IMG/VR virus record: IMGVR_UViG_3300022853_000017
Strand: one strand, 5' to 3'
From: an uncultured virus (IMG/VR IMGVR_UViG_3300022853_000017)
Lineage: Duplodnaviria > Heunggongvirae > Uroviricota > Caudoviricetes
Length of the DNA stretch: 20,000 bases
This document shows, piece after piece, positions 7,710-17,367 of this stretch (its first letter is position 1; every line of letters starts with the position of its first letter). Below the pieces are notes generated by a model. That model had not been told where the DNA came from and ran no database searches. It saw nothing but the letters and a program-made list of their open reading frames with translations. The position numbers and the translations under genes are program-made.

Positions 7710-10217
7710 TTATGTTGCAAGAGCCAAAACACGAAGATTTTTAAGCAGTGGTGGTGTTGATTGATTTGTTGTTCTCATAACAATTTTAATTTGAAATGCA
7801 ATAAATTCTTCCAATGGAGAACCAATGCCATCATCTGTTACACCAGCAGTGTATTCATGTTCAAGATATTCACCCCTTCTTTCAGAAGGACGGGTTGTAA
7901 CATCTGGTCCGCCAGACCCAGTAACAGTTCCATCATCATTAAAGAATTTGAAACTCATCTCATCAAAATCAAATGCATCATCAACTCGTAAAGTTTTATA
8001 CAATAATTTAATACTTGAATCAGATTGTCGCACAGCATCCAAAAGAACTCGCAAAGAAGTTGCGGGAGTTTCTAAATTAATTTTCTTAGTAAGATAGATT
8101 GCAGAATGATTATCCCCCTCTGGTTCCGTCATTGCTCTGTATATGGATGTTGGATACACATCAGATGAAGAATCAATCTTATTGATTTGATTTGATACGG
8201 CAATCATAGATAACCTTTGCGTATCAATTACAGGAGATAGCGCATCTAAATCTGAACTCAAAGTCAACGGAATAGTAAGAGATTTATCACCAGACATTTC
8301 ATTTGTTTCGTTAATACCGGACGCAACCAAATTAGTTTCTGTCCAATAATAGTTGTCTTGAAGAGGAAGAGCCCTACTGGTTGTTGATTTTGTAAATGAA
8401 GTTTCAGAACCGCTTGGGCTTGTTCCTGTTGTTGCTAAGAACCCAGCATCAATTTTAGTTCTTGCAAGAATCAAAAGACCCATGTTAGTTGTAGAAACAT
8501 CATACTGAGCATTTTCTGTTGCAGTAACAACACTACCGCCCATTGTTGAAGTACTACCAGCACCATCAACAACTGGTGTAGTTGCAGTTACAATAGTATA
8601 ACTATCCTGTTGAATATTAGCAATTGTAGTGTGTGTTTTATTAATGTCGGAGAGTGGAACTTTATGTATTTGATATAGTTCCACAGTCGCACCATTCGCA
8701 TGAGATACTGCCGTTGTACTATTCGCACCCCGTGTCGCACTAGTGATACCCGTTCCAGAAATAGTGGTATAACTAATAATCTCATCATCGATTTTAATAT
8801 AGTATATATTAGATGCGTCTCTAGAATACTTACCACTAGTGTCATCAAAGTTTGTTCCACTCGTAAGAGTAATAGATGTTGCGGTGCCAGAAATAGCACC
8901 AGCAAGTGTCGTTGTTGCACCAGACTTAACCCCAGCAATGGTGACGTTATTAGCAGTAGAATACATACCATGTCCATCATGGTTAATTTTTAGAACTGTA
9001 CTATTATCAAGCATCTCTAAAGGATTAACTTTAAGAGTTTTTGCAGGAAGTGTTTGATTTTGTAATGTAACCAAACCAGCAGCAGTTGTGTCAAACTTAG
9101 CTCGTTTCAGGGAGAACTTCATATCCTGTGTGGGGGAAGGAACCCATGAATTATTATTTGAACTCTTAAAAAGAACACCAACATGAGGTTGGTCTGTAAT
9201 TTCATTACCAGCAGTATCCTGTGTTCCAAGATCAGAAATCCATACTTTATAATCTGGAGTATTAGTTAATAGACAGATTGAATATTCTGTTCCACCCTGC
9301 ACATATACGGGAGAATCAAAGGTAAATGTTGTAACAGTATTTCCATCTGTAGATGTTGTAATTTCTGAAGACTGTAATGTTTTTCTACCAAACGGTAAAA
9401 TCTTAGGTCCGGGGGCACCATTAACTACATTACGAACTTCCATTGTTACAGGATAATTATCATCTTTTTCAAAGAAAAATATATCGCAAGAAGTTAGAAA
9501 TGCGCCAGTAATTCCATCAGCGCTATCTGTATCCAAAACAATAAAGGTCTGCGCTAATGGATCACCGCCGTCGCCGTCGCCGCCGTCGCCGTCGCCGCCA
9601 TCATCTCCGCCGGACGCTGGTATAACAGCACCTAAAATAAGTCCACTATTTTCTGTTAAACTTGTTGTTCTTACAATCGCATTTCTAGTAGATATAATGG
9701 TTTCCTGTTGCGTGTCCAATATACCTTTTGCAGAATAAACTGCCTCTGCAAAAGTCTCCCTTGCAACAATTTCACTTGCGCCGTCACCCACTTGGGCATT
9801 ATTTGGGTCTGATGTTAATACAAACTCAATATCGCCAGTTGCAAACTGGGGGTTGCCAGAAATTCTTGGGTTGGGAATGGTAAAGGTTCCTTCACAGTTA
9901 CCAACACCATCACTAATCAAGGTACTACCGGCGACAGGAGATACAACATCAGAGAAGTTTGAAAATGCAGTGCCAACTCCACCAGATGCAGCTGGCGTGA
10001 CATATGCATTAACCACTTTCTTATCAAAATACACATGCAATTTTGTGAAAGGTTTCAAGCTTTTTGCAGTAAAAGTAATTGTTTTTGAACGAGCATATGG
10101 GATGAGAGTTTTAGCAATAGACCTAAACCCATTACTTGTAAGCTCAATATCTTCAAATACCTCTGTTAACACACCAGTTCTAGACTGTTGAGTTGCATTA
10201 AAATTTCTAAGTGTCAT
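7710..10217 (-). CDS. VrlC/DUF4815-type large virion structural protein, C-terminal part (835 aa)
   Basis: Motifs IPYARSKTITFTAKSLKPFTKLHVYFD, DPLAQTF, TFTFDSPVYVQGGTEY, GVLFKSSNNNSW..QDMKF, LSPVID and the terminal FQIKIVM..PPLLKNLRVLALAT. RBS GGAGA 8 nt upstream of the ATG. Confidence 0.75.
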   Translation of the reverse strand: MTLRNFNATQQSRTGVLTEVFEDIELTSNGFRSIAKTLIPYARSKTITFTAKSLKPFTKLHVYFDKKVVNAYVTPAASGGVGTAFSNFSDVVSPVAGSTLISDGVGNCEGTFTIPNPRISGNPQFATGDIEFVLTSDPNNAQVGDGASEIVARETFAEAVYSAKGILDTQQETIISTRNAIVRTTSLTENSGLILGAVIPASGGDDGGDGDGGDGDGGDPLAQTFIVLDTDSADGITGAFLTSCDIFFFEKDDNYPVTMEVRNVVNGAPGPKILPFGRKTLQSSEITTSTDGNTVTTFTFDSPVYVQGGTEYSICLLTNTPDYKVWISDLGTQDTAGNEITDQPHVGVLFKSSNNNSWVPSPTQDMKFSLKRAKFDTTAAGLVTLQNQTLPAKTLKVNPLEMLDNSTVLKINHDGHGMYSTANNVTIAGVKSGATTTLAGAISGTATSITLTSGTNFDDTSGKYSRDASNIYYIKIDDEIISYTTISGTGITSATRGANSTTAVSHANGATVELYQIHKVPLSDINKTHTTIANIQQDSYTIVTATTPVVDGAGSTSTMGGSVVTATENAQYDVSTTNMGLLILARTKIDAGFLATTGTSPSGSETSFTKSTTSRALPLQDNYYWTETNLVASGINETNEMSGDKSLTIPLTLSSDLDALSPVIDTQRLSMIAVSNQINKIDSSSDVYPTSIYRAMTEPEGDNHSAIYLTKKINLETPATSLRVLLDAVRQSDSSIKLLYKTLRVDDAFDFDEMSFKFFNDDGTVTGSGGPDVTTRPSERRGEYLEHEYTAGVTDDGIGSPLEEFIAFQIKIVMRTTNQSTPPLLKNLRVLALAT
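9561..9612. repeat. GC-rich short tandem repeat encoding the Gly/Asp linker GGDDGGDGDGGDGDGGD
   Basis: Plus strand reads atcaccgccgtcgccgtcgccgccgtcgccgtcgccgccatcatctccgccg, including a duplicated 15-mer (ccgccgtcgccgtcg). It stands out from the AT-rich background. Confidence 0.85.
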
Positions 10218-10247
10218 CTGGCATATCTCCGTTTGTATTTCTATTCA

Positions 10248-10255
10248 TATTTATT
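10248..10255 (-). promoter_or_regulatory. Possible late promoter AATAAATA between the two structural-gene halves
   Basis: Minus strand reads ATCGTAATAAATA in the 45-nt spacer, followed by RBS GGAGA (10230-10226) and the ATG at 10217. Confidence 0.55.
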
Positions 10256-10262
10256 ACGATAA

Positions 10263-13200
10263 TTATTGTGTGCCGAAATCAAAACCCAAATCCGCTTCAA
10301 CACCATCATCTCTCACCACAACACCAGCCCAAGTTGTTTGCCAAGAGTTCCAAACAGTACCCATATTATTACCAATAGCAGCAACAACTGCATCATAGTT
10401 GCCCTCACGATTAATAATTAACTGGGGAGCAATTTCTGTTTCCATCCAGTTATCCTGAGTTGGGTCTATGGTCAATACACCTTTCCATGTTGCAGTCAAA
10501 AATGGTGCAACACGTTCAACTGTACTAGCAAATGGTTGTTCTGTTAGAACAACCTCTGTGTATGGAAGAGTGATAAGATCACCTGTCTTCTGATAACCAG
10601 CAGAAGTTCTTGCCGCATCAGTAGTTGCATTTTCTTCCAAATCAATGGATTTAGTGACATGAATTGGTCGCAAAATTCCACTCGAAAAGTCCATAGAGTT
10701 TCTATAATCTTTATGGTATGCATCACCAACTCTATGTCCTTGAAAATTATCAACAACAATTCCTGACTTAAATCTATTCAATCCATTGGCATCCAACACC
10801 TCAAAGTCCAAAGCATTTCTTTCCAATAGATTTAGAGTTGTCATTTTTTCAACATTAGCAAGACGGTTATTGAGCTTACCAATATCTTTCATGGTAAATC
10901 TTTGATTTCTTGTTCTGATAATTGTAACATCTTCTGGTCTAAAGGTAAATGGTGGTATTCTAAGGTCAGCAAGTTTCATAGAATCCAGTGGGATATCAGG
11001 TTTAACGGGGAAATCCGCTGATGCTCCATCAATAACACTAATAATTCCCCTATCATCAATCACAATCGATGCTCTTTTACCAAGATAATACTCAAGGTCT
11101 GCTTGAATAGTAGAGCCGGGTTTGCAAAAATCGGAGACTGATGCACCAGTACCATCATACTGTCTAGAGTAGAAGTCAAAAGAGTTTCCCGTAATTTCGT
11201 CAATAGTTGTTAGTGTAGTTGAGGCACCAGCAATATCTCCAACCCTTGATCTAAAATCATAACTATCTCTTAATGGAAATTGTCCTGCTGGTGATGGGCT
11301 GTCAGGATCAACCTTAGTTGCGGTATATGTTGGAATGTCTTCATAATCCATTTGATTAGCAATATCAACATAAGAGTCAACTGTGAACATATCTCCTGTA
11401 CCATGTTCCAGATAATCATATATGACAAGTAACCTTCCTGTGGGTGCAGGAGAAGATGGTTTTTTAACAATTCGTGAAATGTCATAGAAGTTATCACGTT
11501 GTCCATCATCAAACAAATATTTGGTTGTGATGTTTACACTCCCATCCGTAAGAGTTCCAATAGTAGCAGATGCACCAGAACTTTCACCAGTGATTACTTC
11601 GGCTGATACAAAGGTAAGTGAAGTAGACAAAACATAACTCATGGGAGATGTAATATCAACAATTCTTGCAGTTGCACGGCTTGTTCCACCAGTAATTTTT
11701 TCACCTCTGGTAAATGTTCCTGCCTGATTAGTTAGAACAAAATCTGGAGCAACTGCATCTATACTTGCACCCCCAGAGTCAAACACTGCAACAAGATTAA
11801 ATGCATCAGCACGACCAAGAGAAATATTATTATCAGTAGGGCGGGTTCCATAAGCATCTGTTGTTCCAGCAACTACTTTCAATTGCTTCATCAAATTAAC
11901 AGTTTTACTTTTTTGAATAACAGAAGTTTTAAGAATTGTTGCAACAATTTTTACTTTCGCTGCACTTCCTAATATGGTTGTATCTGTAATAGTAATAGAT
12001 GATGATCCTGCACCGCCAATTTTATCAGAAAGACTAACAAGGTCGCCTTGGGCTCCCGTTCCACCACCAGCGGTTAGAATAGATAGTGTATAGTCTGCTT
12101 CACTGTGTGAGGAAAATGTTTCATTCGTACCAGCAGTAAAGGTAACAATACCTGAAGAGTCTGTAGTTCCAACAAACTGTCTACGAATTGTATATTGCGT
12201 ATCACTGGCACCAGCATTTGTTGCGGTTAGGAGTGTTTTAACTATTCGTTTTGGTAGTTTAAATATAGATCGATTTTTCTCTGTATCTTTTAGTTTTGCT
12301 GATGTACTATTAAACCCCTCTTGAATAACATTACCAGAACCCGTACCATCCTCCTGTTGGATAGATGATGTTGCATCATCTTCAAGAGAAATATCAGCAA
12401 AGATGTTTGTTAGAGTTTCAATCTCAAAATCAGCAGTAAAGTCTTGGCCACTATCTGCATCATCCATAAAGACCTGTCTAAAATCAGCAACATTATAACT
12501 TTTGACTGATACAAGTGTAATGTCTGCATTACTACTATTTTCAATAGTACCACCATCACCCTCAGATGAATCTGATGCTTGAAGTTCTTCTCCTGCTCTA
12601 AATACACCAACCACAGAAGTTAGATTTACTGTGGTTGCAGAAGTTCCAGATGCATAAACCAAACCCGTGGCACCCGAAGTTACGCCGGTTACCAATACAC
12701 CACCGTTTGAATGTGAAGCAAGAAGTGTTGGAGATGGAGTGCCGCTCAAAGTCAGTTTTGTAAATGGTCGGATATCAAATAGAAATAATTTGTAAACAGA
12801 AAGGTTCGCCGCAGCACTTGATCCAGCAACACCAGAGTGGAATTCAATTCCTCTAGATCGTCCAACACCGATTAAATTACCGTTTGTAGAACCTCTAACC
12901 GTATTTTTTGCATCATAAAATTGAACAGTCTTGAATGCAGTAGATTCACCAGTTACCGCTGTAATGTCTGGGGTGCCATATACATTTGAGACAAGCGCAT
13001 AGTTGCCCATATCAAAGGTTGAGATACCCGCATTAACAGTATTAAAATCTCTTGCTTTAGAAACATCTTTAATTGTAGATTGAGTCTTCTCAATTTCAAA
13101 CCCTCTGACGTATGCCTTTCCCGGCGATACAGAGATAGCTATAAAATCACTACTAGCAATGTTACCATCATCAGTCGGGGCCCCCGCAATATATTTACCA

Positions 13201-14243
13201 AGTAAGTTATCTCGACCCACACTAACATCTACTGATTCACTTGCAAGAAATTCAAATGGACGAACAGTATAATTTCCAGATTCATCATTAGTCCGCCTTG
13301 CCATTTCATCTGCAAGTTGAGCATAAGGTGTTGTCCGCCCGATTGAACTTGACTTACCATTTTTAACATCAACAAGAGCGATAAAATTAGTTGTATTCGT
13401 TGAAGTTGTAATAGAAGATAATGCAACATAAATACTCAGTCTATGTGCGCCCTTCGCAGCATAGTTACTAGACCCTGTAGAATTATCCAATAGAGCTGAT
13501 GCACTCTCTGGTGTAATAATAGTTTCGTTTACTGTAAATCCAACTGTACCTGTATAATCTTCATCATAGTTATTGATAATAAGTGTTTCTGATACATTAT
13601 TAACAAAGAAACCACGAATGTAGTATATACCAGACTCGATAGCAAATGCAAGACCTGTTCTTGATGCTGGACCTGTTGCACTTGCAAGTTGTGTTGCACT
13701 TGACCCCGCAGCAGCACTATATACAGAAGTGTATGTTGTAACAGCTGCAACACCCGTCCCGTATGACTGAGTTGAATGTGTGATCGCCGTGTTTGCAGTA
13801 ATGTTCTCACCATCTGCAAAAATAGTGGTCGTGAAGTCACTACCAGCACGTTCATAAGAAACATAAAGGAGTGGTTGGTCTGTCGTCGTTGCGGACTTGA
13901 AACCAATAACCTTTGCAGTAACGCCTGTTGTTGCACCAGTAATAGTTGTAGGACTATCTACATTATAATACTGTGATGGGTCAACCTGTTCACCATTAAA
14001 TGTGCTTGCAAGTTTCAGGGAGTGATATCGTTGAGTTTTTCCTTGTCCGGGCACAACCATTGCCCCTTCACGGAAAATGTGACTACCGTGAGATTCAATC
14101 TGATGTTGCAAAGCACTTTGTAGTTGCGTTAGTTCTCTCGCTTGAACTGCAAAACCCGGCCTAAAGAGAATTCTGTGATAATTATTCTCTGCATTAAAAT
14201 CATCAAAGTACGGTGCTGCATTAAGATTAGTTTTTTGTGCCAT
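10263..14243 (-). CDS. VrlC/DUF4815-type large virion structural protein, N-terminal part (1326 aa)
   Basis: Characteristic start MAQKTNLNAAPYFDDF..NYHRILFRPGFAVQARELTQLQS, then GIYYIRGFFV, ARRTNDESGNYTV, SPGKAYVRGFEI, RFTMKDIGKL, RFKSGIVVDNF and WNSWQTTW. Immediately follows gp8. Confidence 0.8.
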   Translation of the reverse strand: MAQKTNLNAAPYFDDFNAENNYHRILFRPGFAVQARELTQLQSALQHQIESHGSHIFREGAMVVPGQGKTQRYHSLKLASTFNGEQVDPSQYYNVDSPTTITGATTGVTAKVIGFKSATTTDQPLLYVSYERAGSDFTTTIFADGENITANTAITHSTQSYGTGVAAVTTYTSVYSAAAGSSATQLASATGPASRTGLAFAIESGIYYIRGFFVNNVSETLIINNYDEDYTGTVGFTVNETIITPESASALLDNSTGSSNYAAKGAHRLSIYVALSSITTSTNTTNFIALVDVKNGKSSSIGRTTPYAQLADEMARRTNDESGNYTVRPFEFLASESVDVSVGRDNLLGKYIAGAPTDDGNIASSDFIAISVSPGKAYVRGFEIEKTQSTIKDVSKARDFNTVNAGISTFDMGNYALVSNVYGTPDITAVTGESTAFKTVQFYDAKNTVRGSTNGNLIGVGRSRGIEFHSGVAGSSAAANLSVYKLFLFDIRPFTKLTLSGTPSPTLLASHSNGGVLVTGVTSGATGLVYASGTSATTVNLTSVVGVFRAGEELQASDSSEGDGGTIENSSNADITLVSVKSYNVADFRQVFMDDADSGQDFTADFEIETLTNIFADISLEDDATSSIQQEDGTGSGNVIQEGFNSTSAKLKDTEKNRSIFKLPKRIVKTLLTATNAGASDTQYTIRRQFVGTTDSSGIVTFTAGTNETFSSHSEADYTLSILTAGGGTGAQGDLVSLSDKIGGAGSSSITITDTTILGSAAKVKIVATILKTSVIQKSKTVNLMKQLKVVAGTTDAYGTRPTDNNISLGRADAFNLVAVFDSGGASIDAVAPDFVLTNQAGTFTRGEKITGGTSRATARIVDITSPMSYVLSTSLTFVSAEVITGESSGASATIGTLTDGSVNITTKYLFDDGQRDNFYDISRIVKKPSSPAPTGRLLVIYDYLEHGTGDMFTVDSYVDIANQMDYEDIPTYTATKVDPDSPSPAGQFPLRDSYDFRSRVGDIAGASTTLTTIDEITGNSFDFYSRQYDGTGASVSDFCKPGSTIQADLEYYLGKRASIVIDDRGIISVIDGASADFPVKPDIPLDSMKLADLRIPPFTFRPEDVTIIRTRNQRFTMKDIGKLNNRLANVEKMTTLNLLERNALDFEVLDANGLNRFKSGIVVDNFQGHRVGDAYHKDYRNSMDFSSGILRPIHVTKSIDLEENATTDAARTSAGYQKTGDLITLPYTEVVLTEQPFASTVERVAPFLTATWKGVLTIDPTQDNWMETEIAPQLIINREGNYDAVVAAIGNNMGTVWNSWQTTWAGVVVRDDGVEADLGFDFGTQ

Positions 14244-14244
14244 A

Positions 14245-15750
14245 TTAGAATTCCACTACAATTTTGATGTCTTCCGTTTGGTCAGTAGCACGGGAGATAG
14301 GTGATCTGTTTTCTGTATAGATAATGTTACCGCTGTCTGGTTGCAGTTCTGGATTAACATACCCATCAGAAAATGTGACAGTAAATCCGTTTGCAAGAGT
14401 GACCGCTGCATCTGCGGTTGAGTCTGGTGTTCCAACTGCACTAGAGTCTGCACCTGTTACAGCATTTGCACCCGAAAATGCAACATAAGCACCAAGGGAA
14501 TTTGTACCGTAATTTGTATATCTTTCCTGTTGATAATAAAGAATAGAGTTTCCACTATCCCACTCTACAACCCTACCAATGGCACCCGTTGAGGCTTGAG
14601 TAATTTTCTCGTCATCAACAAATGTTCCACTAAGACCAGTAAGTTTTAGTGCATAGGTTTGACGAGCTGTCTGGTCAGATGCAACTGTTGATGTCCCAAA
14701 GGTTGTTGGGTCTGTGACAATTGCAATGTTACGGAAATCATTACCTGTGAGAAGGTCATCACGTTCTGCACCAATAAAGAGTGTGTTCAACATAACATAG
14801 TGACCACCGAACTCTTGAACTGCATCAAAACCATGACCACCCTTTGGACTAATGAAAACACCAATTGCGCCACCACTACCATTATTAATATCACCAGTAT
14901 CAACAGCAGTTGTCAGTGCTGCATTTGCAAATACTGTTGCGTCAGTAAGGGTAACTGTTCCGTATGTGTACCCCGCACCAGCGGCATAAACGATAGTGTC
15001 CGTTCCAGAGGTCAGTCCAAAATCTTGAATACTACCACTAGAAACAATAAAGGAAATAACTGCACCAGAAGATGTTCCCGCTGATGTACCATCACCATTG
15101 ACCGCAACATAGTAAGTGCCATCTGTATAACTAGCACCACCTGTCACTGACAGTGATACAATCGCACCATCAGTTGCTGCAGCTGATACAACAGAGTCAG
15201 TACTGACAGGCATAAAATCTGTTGTCAGAAACTTGGTCTGTTCTGATGCTGAAATTGTGTACATATATTTTAGGATATAACCGCCCTGTGCAAAAAGTGA
15301 TGTGGATTCAGATGTAGGTTCAGAACCACTATACCCTACGTTTCCATTATTGTTCATAACTTTGTATACACGGTTATCAGATGTACGAAAGAAGAATGTG
15401 GAATCCCAGAGATTAGTTGCACCAGATTGGGATAGGTTACTTGCACTAACATTATCCTGATATTTGTCGTAAACGAAACTATTCTCCCAATCTCTACGGG
15501 GGATTGCAAAGGTAACATCACTCGCCGCAATATTTTTAGCAGCAATCGTTTGATCCCAAAGATAATATTCACTAGACACATCATCTGCGGGTGTGGGTGG
15601 AGATGCATCTGTTCCCCCACTAGTTGATGATGTAAATGGTGTGGCCTTACCGATCATCATATAATATGCATTTGACGAGGCTTCTGAGAAGGACTCAAAA
15701 AACTGTTCTGCATTATGCGCCCTAAATTTCTGTGTTATGATTGCTGTCAT
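14245..15750 (-). CDS. gp8: Baseplate wedge subunit, T4 gp8-like (501 aa)
   Basis: Motifs AIITQKFR..NAEQF, IPRRDW, VYKVMNN, YILKYMYTI, FLTTDFMPV, SPKGGHG and the terminal ENRSPISRATDQTEDIKIVVEF match gp8 of marine T4-like phages. RBS AGAGGA upstream. Confidence 0.88.
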   Translation of the reverse strand: MTAIITQKFRAHNAEQFFESFSEASSNAYYMMIGKATPFTSSTSGGTDASPPTPADDVSSEYYLWDQTIAAKNIAASDVTFAIPRRDWENSFVYDKYQDNVSASNLSQSGATNLWDSTFFFRTSDNRVYKVMNNNGNVGYSGSEPTSESTSLFAQGGYILKYMYTISASEQTKFLTTDFMPVSTDSVVSAAATDGAIVSLSVTGGASYTDGTYYVAVNGDGTSAGTSSGAVISFIVSSGSIQDFGLTSGTDTIVYAAGAGYTYGTVTLTDATVFANAALTTAVDTGDINNGSGGAIGVFISPKGGHGFDAVQEFGGHYVMLNTLFIGAERDDLLTGNDFRNIAIVTDPTTFGTSTVASDQTARQTYALKLTGLSGTFVDDEKITQASTGAIGRVVEWDSGNSILYYQQERYTNYGTNSLGAYVAFSGANAVTGADSSAVGTPDSTADAAVTLANGFTVTFSDGYVNPELQPDSGNIIYTENRSPISRATDQTEDIKIVVEF

Positions 15751-15776
15751 TTTTTGATTCCTCTAATCTGTATTAG

Positions 15777-15784
15777 TATTTATA
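15777..15784 (-). promoter_or_regulatory. T4-type late promoter TATAAATA upstream of gp8
   Basis: Exact consensus, intergenic, about 26 nt upstream of the ATG at 15750. Confidence 0.8.
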
Positions 15785-15823
15785 CGACATCACCAACTAT
15801 GCCTTGGTTATTCTCAAACTAGT

Positions 15824-16051
15824 TTAATCTGGTATTCTTGTAAAATTATTAGCGTAGTTTTCCAATACATATACCTCAGAATTTATCATTGCAATATTAT
15901 ATTCTTCCCCAGTATAAGTATTACCAAACTCTTCTTTAGCCATTTCAAGAGCTGAACTTAATGAAAGATAATATGAATGACCAATATATTTACTTTCTCT
16001 TTTACCAATTTCAATATATTTTGCTAATATGTAATCGTAAGGTTGAGCCAT
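15824..16051 (-). CDS. Small hypothetical protein (75 aa)
   Basis: RBS AAGGA upstream, fills the gap on the coding strand, noticeably AT-rich and Tyr-rich. Confidence 0.6.
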   Translation of the reverse strand: MAQPYDYILAKYIEIGKRESKYIGHSYYLSLSSALEMAKEEFGNTYTGEEYNIAMINSEVYVLENYANNFTRIPD

Positions 16052-16062
16052 TTATTTAATCC

Positions 16063-17352
16063 TTAATAATATGCGTTTTCAATGTAATGAAACTTTCCAG
16101 TGTCTTTGTGCCAAATTCCCAAATCTTTATTGTTTGCCATAAATAGCGGCCACACAGAGGCATCGGTTGTTGATGAAAATGTTACAACTCCTCTATGACG
16201 AACTCTTAACGTGTGTTCACCATTTGGTTTAGAAAAATCAATGTCAATAGTATCTAATTTAAGATCACTTCCAGATGTATAAATTCTACACGTTCTATAT
16301 AAATCGACGTTCCTACCACTTCTATCTTGACCACATTGGTATTTTGTACCATTATGAACAATACCGCTTCCATCTAACCCCTTTAAATAACATTCATGAG
16401 ATGGTATTTGAGTCCCCCCCGCCCACGGAACGGCAGAGCCTATGGTCGGTGATGTGCCTGACCAAGTAACAGGGTATACTACTGAATTGCCGGGATTTGA
16501 AGTATCAAAATGAATAAGTATATTACCCCAAGTTGTGGCTAAAATAGTAGGTGCCAGTGTGCTTCCAGTGTGTGTTGGTAATGTAACCACACTATCTCTG
16601 TCAACTTTAGTAACAGCTGTTCCAGCGCTGCCATCCCACACACAATGATTCATATCAAGTCTTGTAGTGCCTTCAGCAAAAGTTGCACTGTTATTAGTAT
16701 TTAAATATACCCATGTATTTGCAGTACCTAAATTAGCGTACTCCGTTCCGCCGCCGGGGGATGAGAAGTCCCACATATACTGTGCGGGCCCATCACCAAG
16801 AGTTGCAGCAATCGTTGTAGTCGCTCCACCATTATAAGTACCAATAATTTGTTGTTGAGAATTAGACTTAGCATAGAAAATTCCAGTTGTATCATTTAGA
16901 CGGTGCCCGGCTGAATAGCGTTCCGTTTGGGTGGTAACGGCGACGTTATTAGTAAAACTACCTAAGTCATTTGCTAGATCAGTCATATAATTTTTGGCAG
17001 TATAACCACTAGTAGAAGACCGCATCCCCCAGAAAGCCCTATCTAAACTTAATTGCGTGCCTCCGCCTGAATGATTACTCCCCCCTTGATTATATAATAC
17101 CCAATCACTACCTTCACTGAGTGAGTGATCTGAAGTATCATATGCAATTGGAGTACCTCCATAGTTAGCTGGGTTGTATGGACGAACCATCATAATCCAA
17201 TTATCATCATCCTGTGAATTAGTTTCATCTGCATCATATAACCAATCGCCGCCCGCAGCAAAAAATCCTAAATCACCACTAGATGTCATGTCATTAGTAT
17301 GTACTGTTGGTGTTGGAGAACCAACACCGCCAATCAAATTATACCCAAACAT
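16063..17352 (-). CDS. Hypothetical beta-rich protein (429 aa), candidate fibre-tip or receptor-binding partner
   Basis: RBS AGGAG. G/T/S/N- and aromatic-rich, non-repetitive, begins MFGYNLIGGVG and directly follows a fibre gene. The function is inferred from position and composition. Confidence 0.5.
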   Translation of the reverse strand: MFGYNLIGGVGSPTPTVHTNDMTSSGDLGFFAAGGDWLYDADETNSQDDDNWIMMVRPYNPANYGGTPIAYDTSDHSLSEGSDWVLYNQGGSNHSGGGTQLSLDRAFWGMRSSTSGYTAKNYMTDLANDLGSFTNNVAVTTQTERYSAGHRLNDTTGIFYAKSNSQQQIIGTYNGGATTTIAATLGDGPAQYMWDFSSPGGGTEYANLGTANTWVYLNTNNSATFAEGTTRLDMNHCVWDGSAGTAVTKVDRDSVVTLPTHTGSTLAPTILATTWGNILIHFDTSNPGNSVVYPVTWSGTSPTIGSAVPWAGGTQIPSHECYLKGLDGSGIVHNGTKYQCGQDRSGRNVDLYRTCRIYTSGSDLKLDTIDIDFSKPNGEHTLRVRHRGVVTFSSTTDASVWPLFMANNKDLGIWHKDTGKFHYIENAYY

Positions 17353-17367
17353 ATTTATATACTCCTA

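Noticed and set aside
7709..7732. Track start at 7732 for the small coiled-coil gene
   Set aside because: It overlaps the upstream gene's conserved C-terminus. The ATG at 7708, right after the stop, is more plausible.
10218..10265. Stop-codon readthrough, genetic-code reassignment or sequencing error joining the two structural ORFs
   Set aside because: There are four in-frame stops of two types (TAA, TGA) plus a dedicated RBS. TAA, TGA and TAG all terminate other genes normally in this window.
15790..15812. Weak inverted repeat (accaa...ttggt) downstream of the 75-aa ORF as a terminator
   Set aside because: The stem is only 5 bp and has no convincing U-tract on the coding strand.
17352..17359. 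TATAAATA immediately before the 429-aa gene start
   Set aside because: It lies between the RBS (AGGAG) and the ATG, so a transcript from it would start inside the gene. It is probably just an AT-rich spacer.
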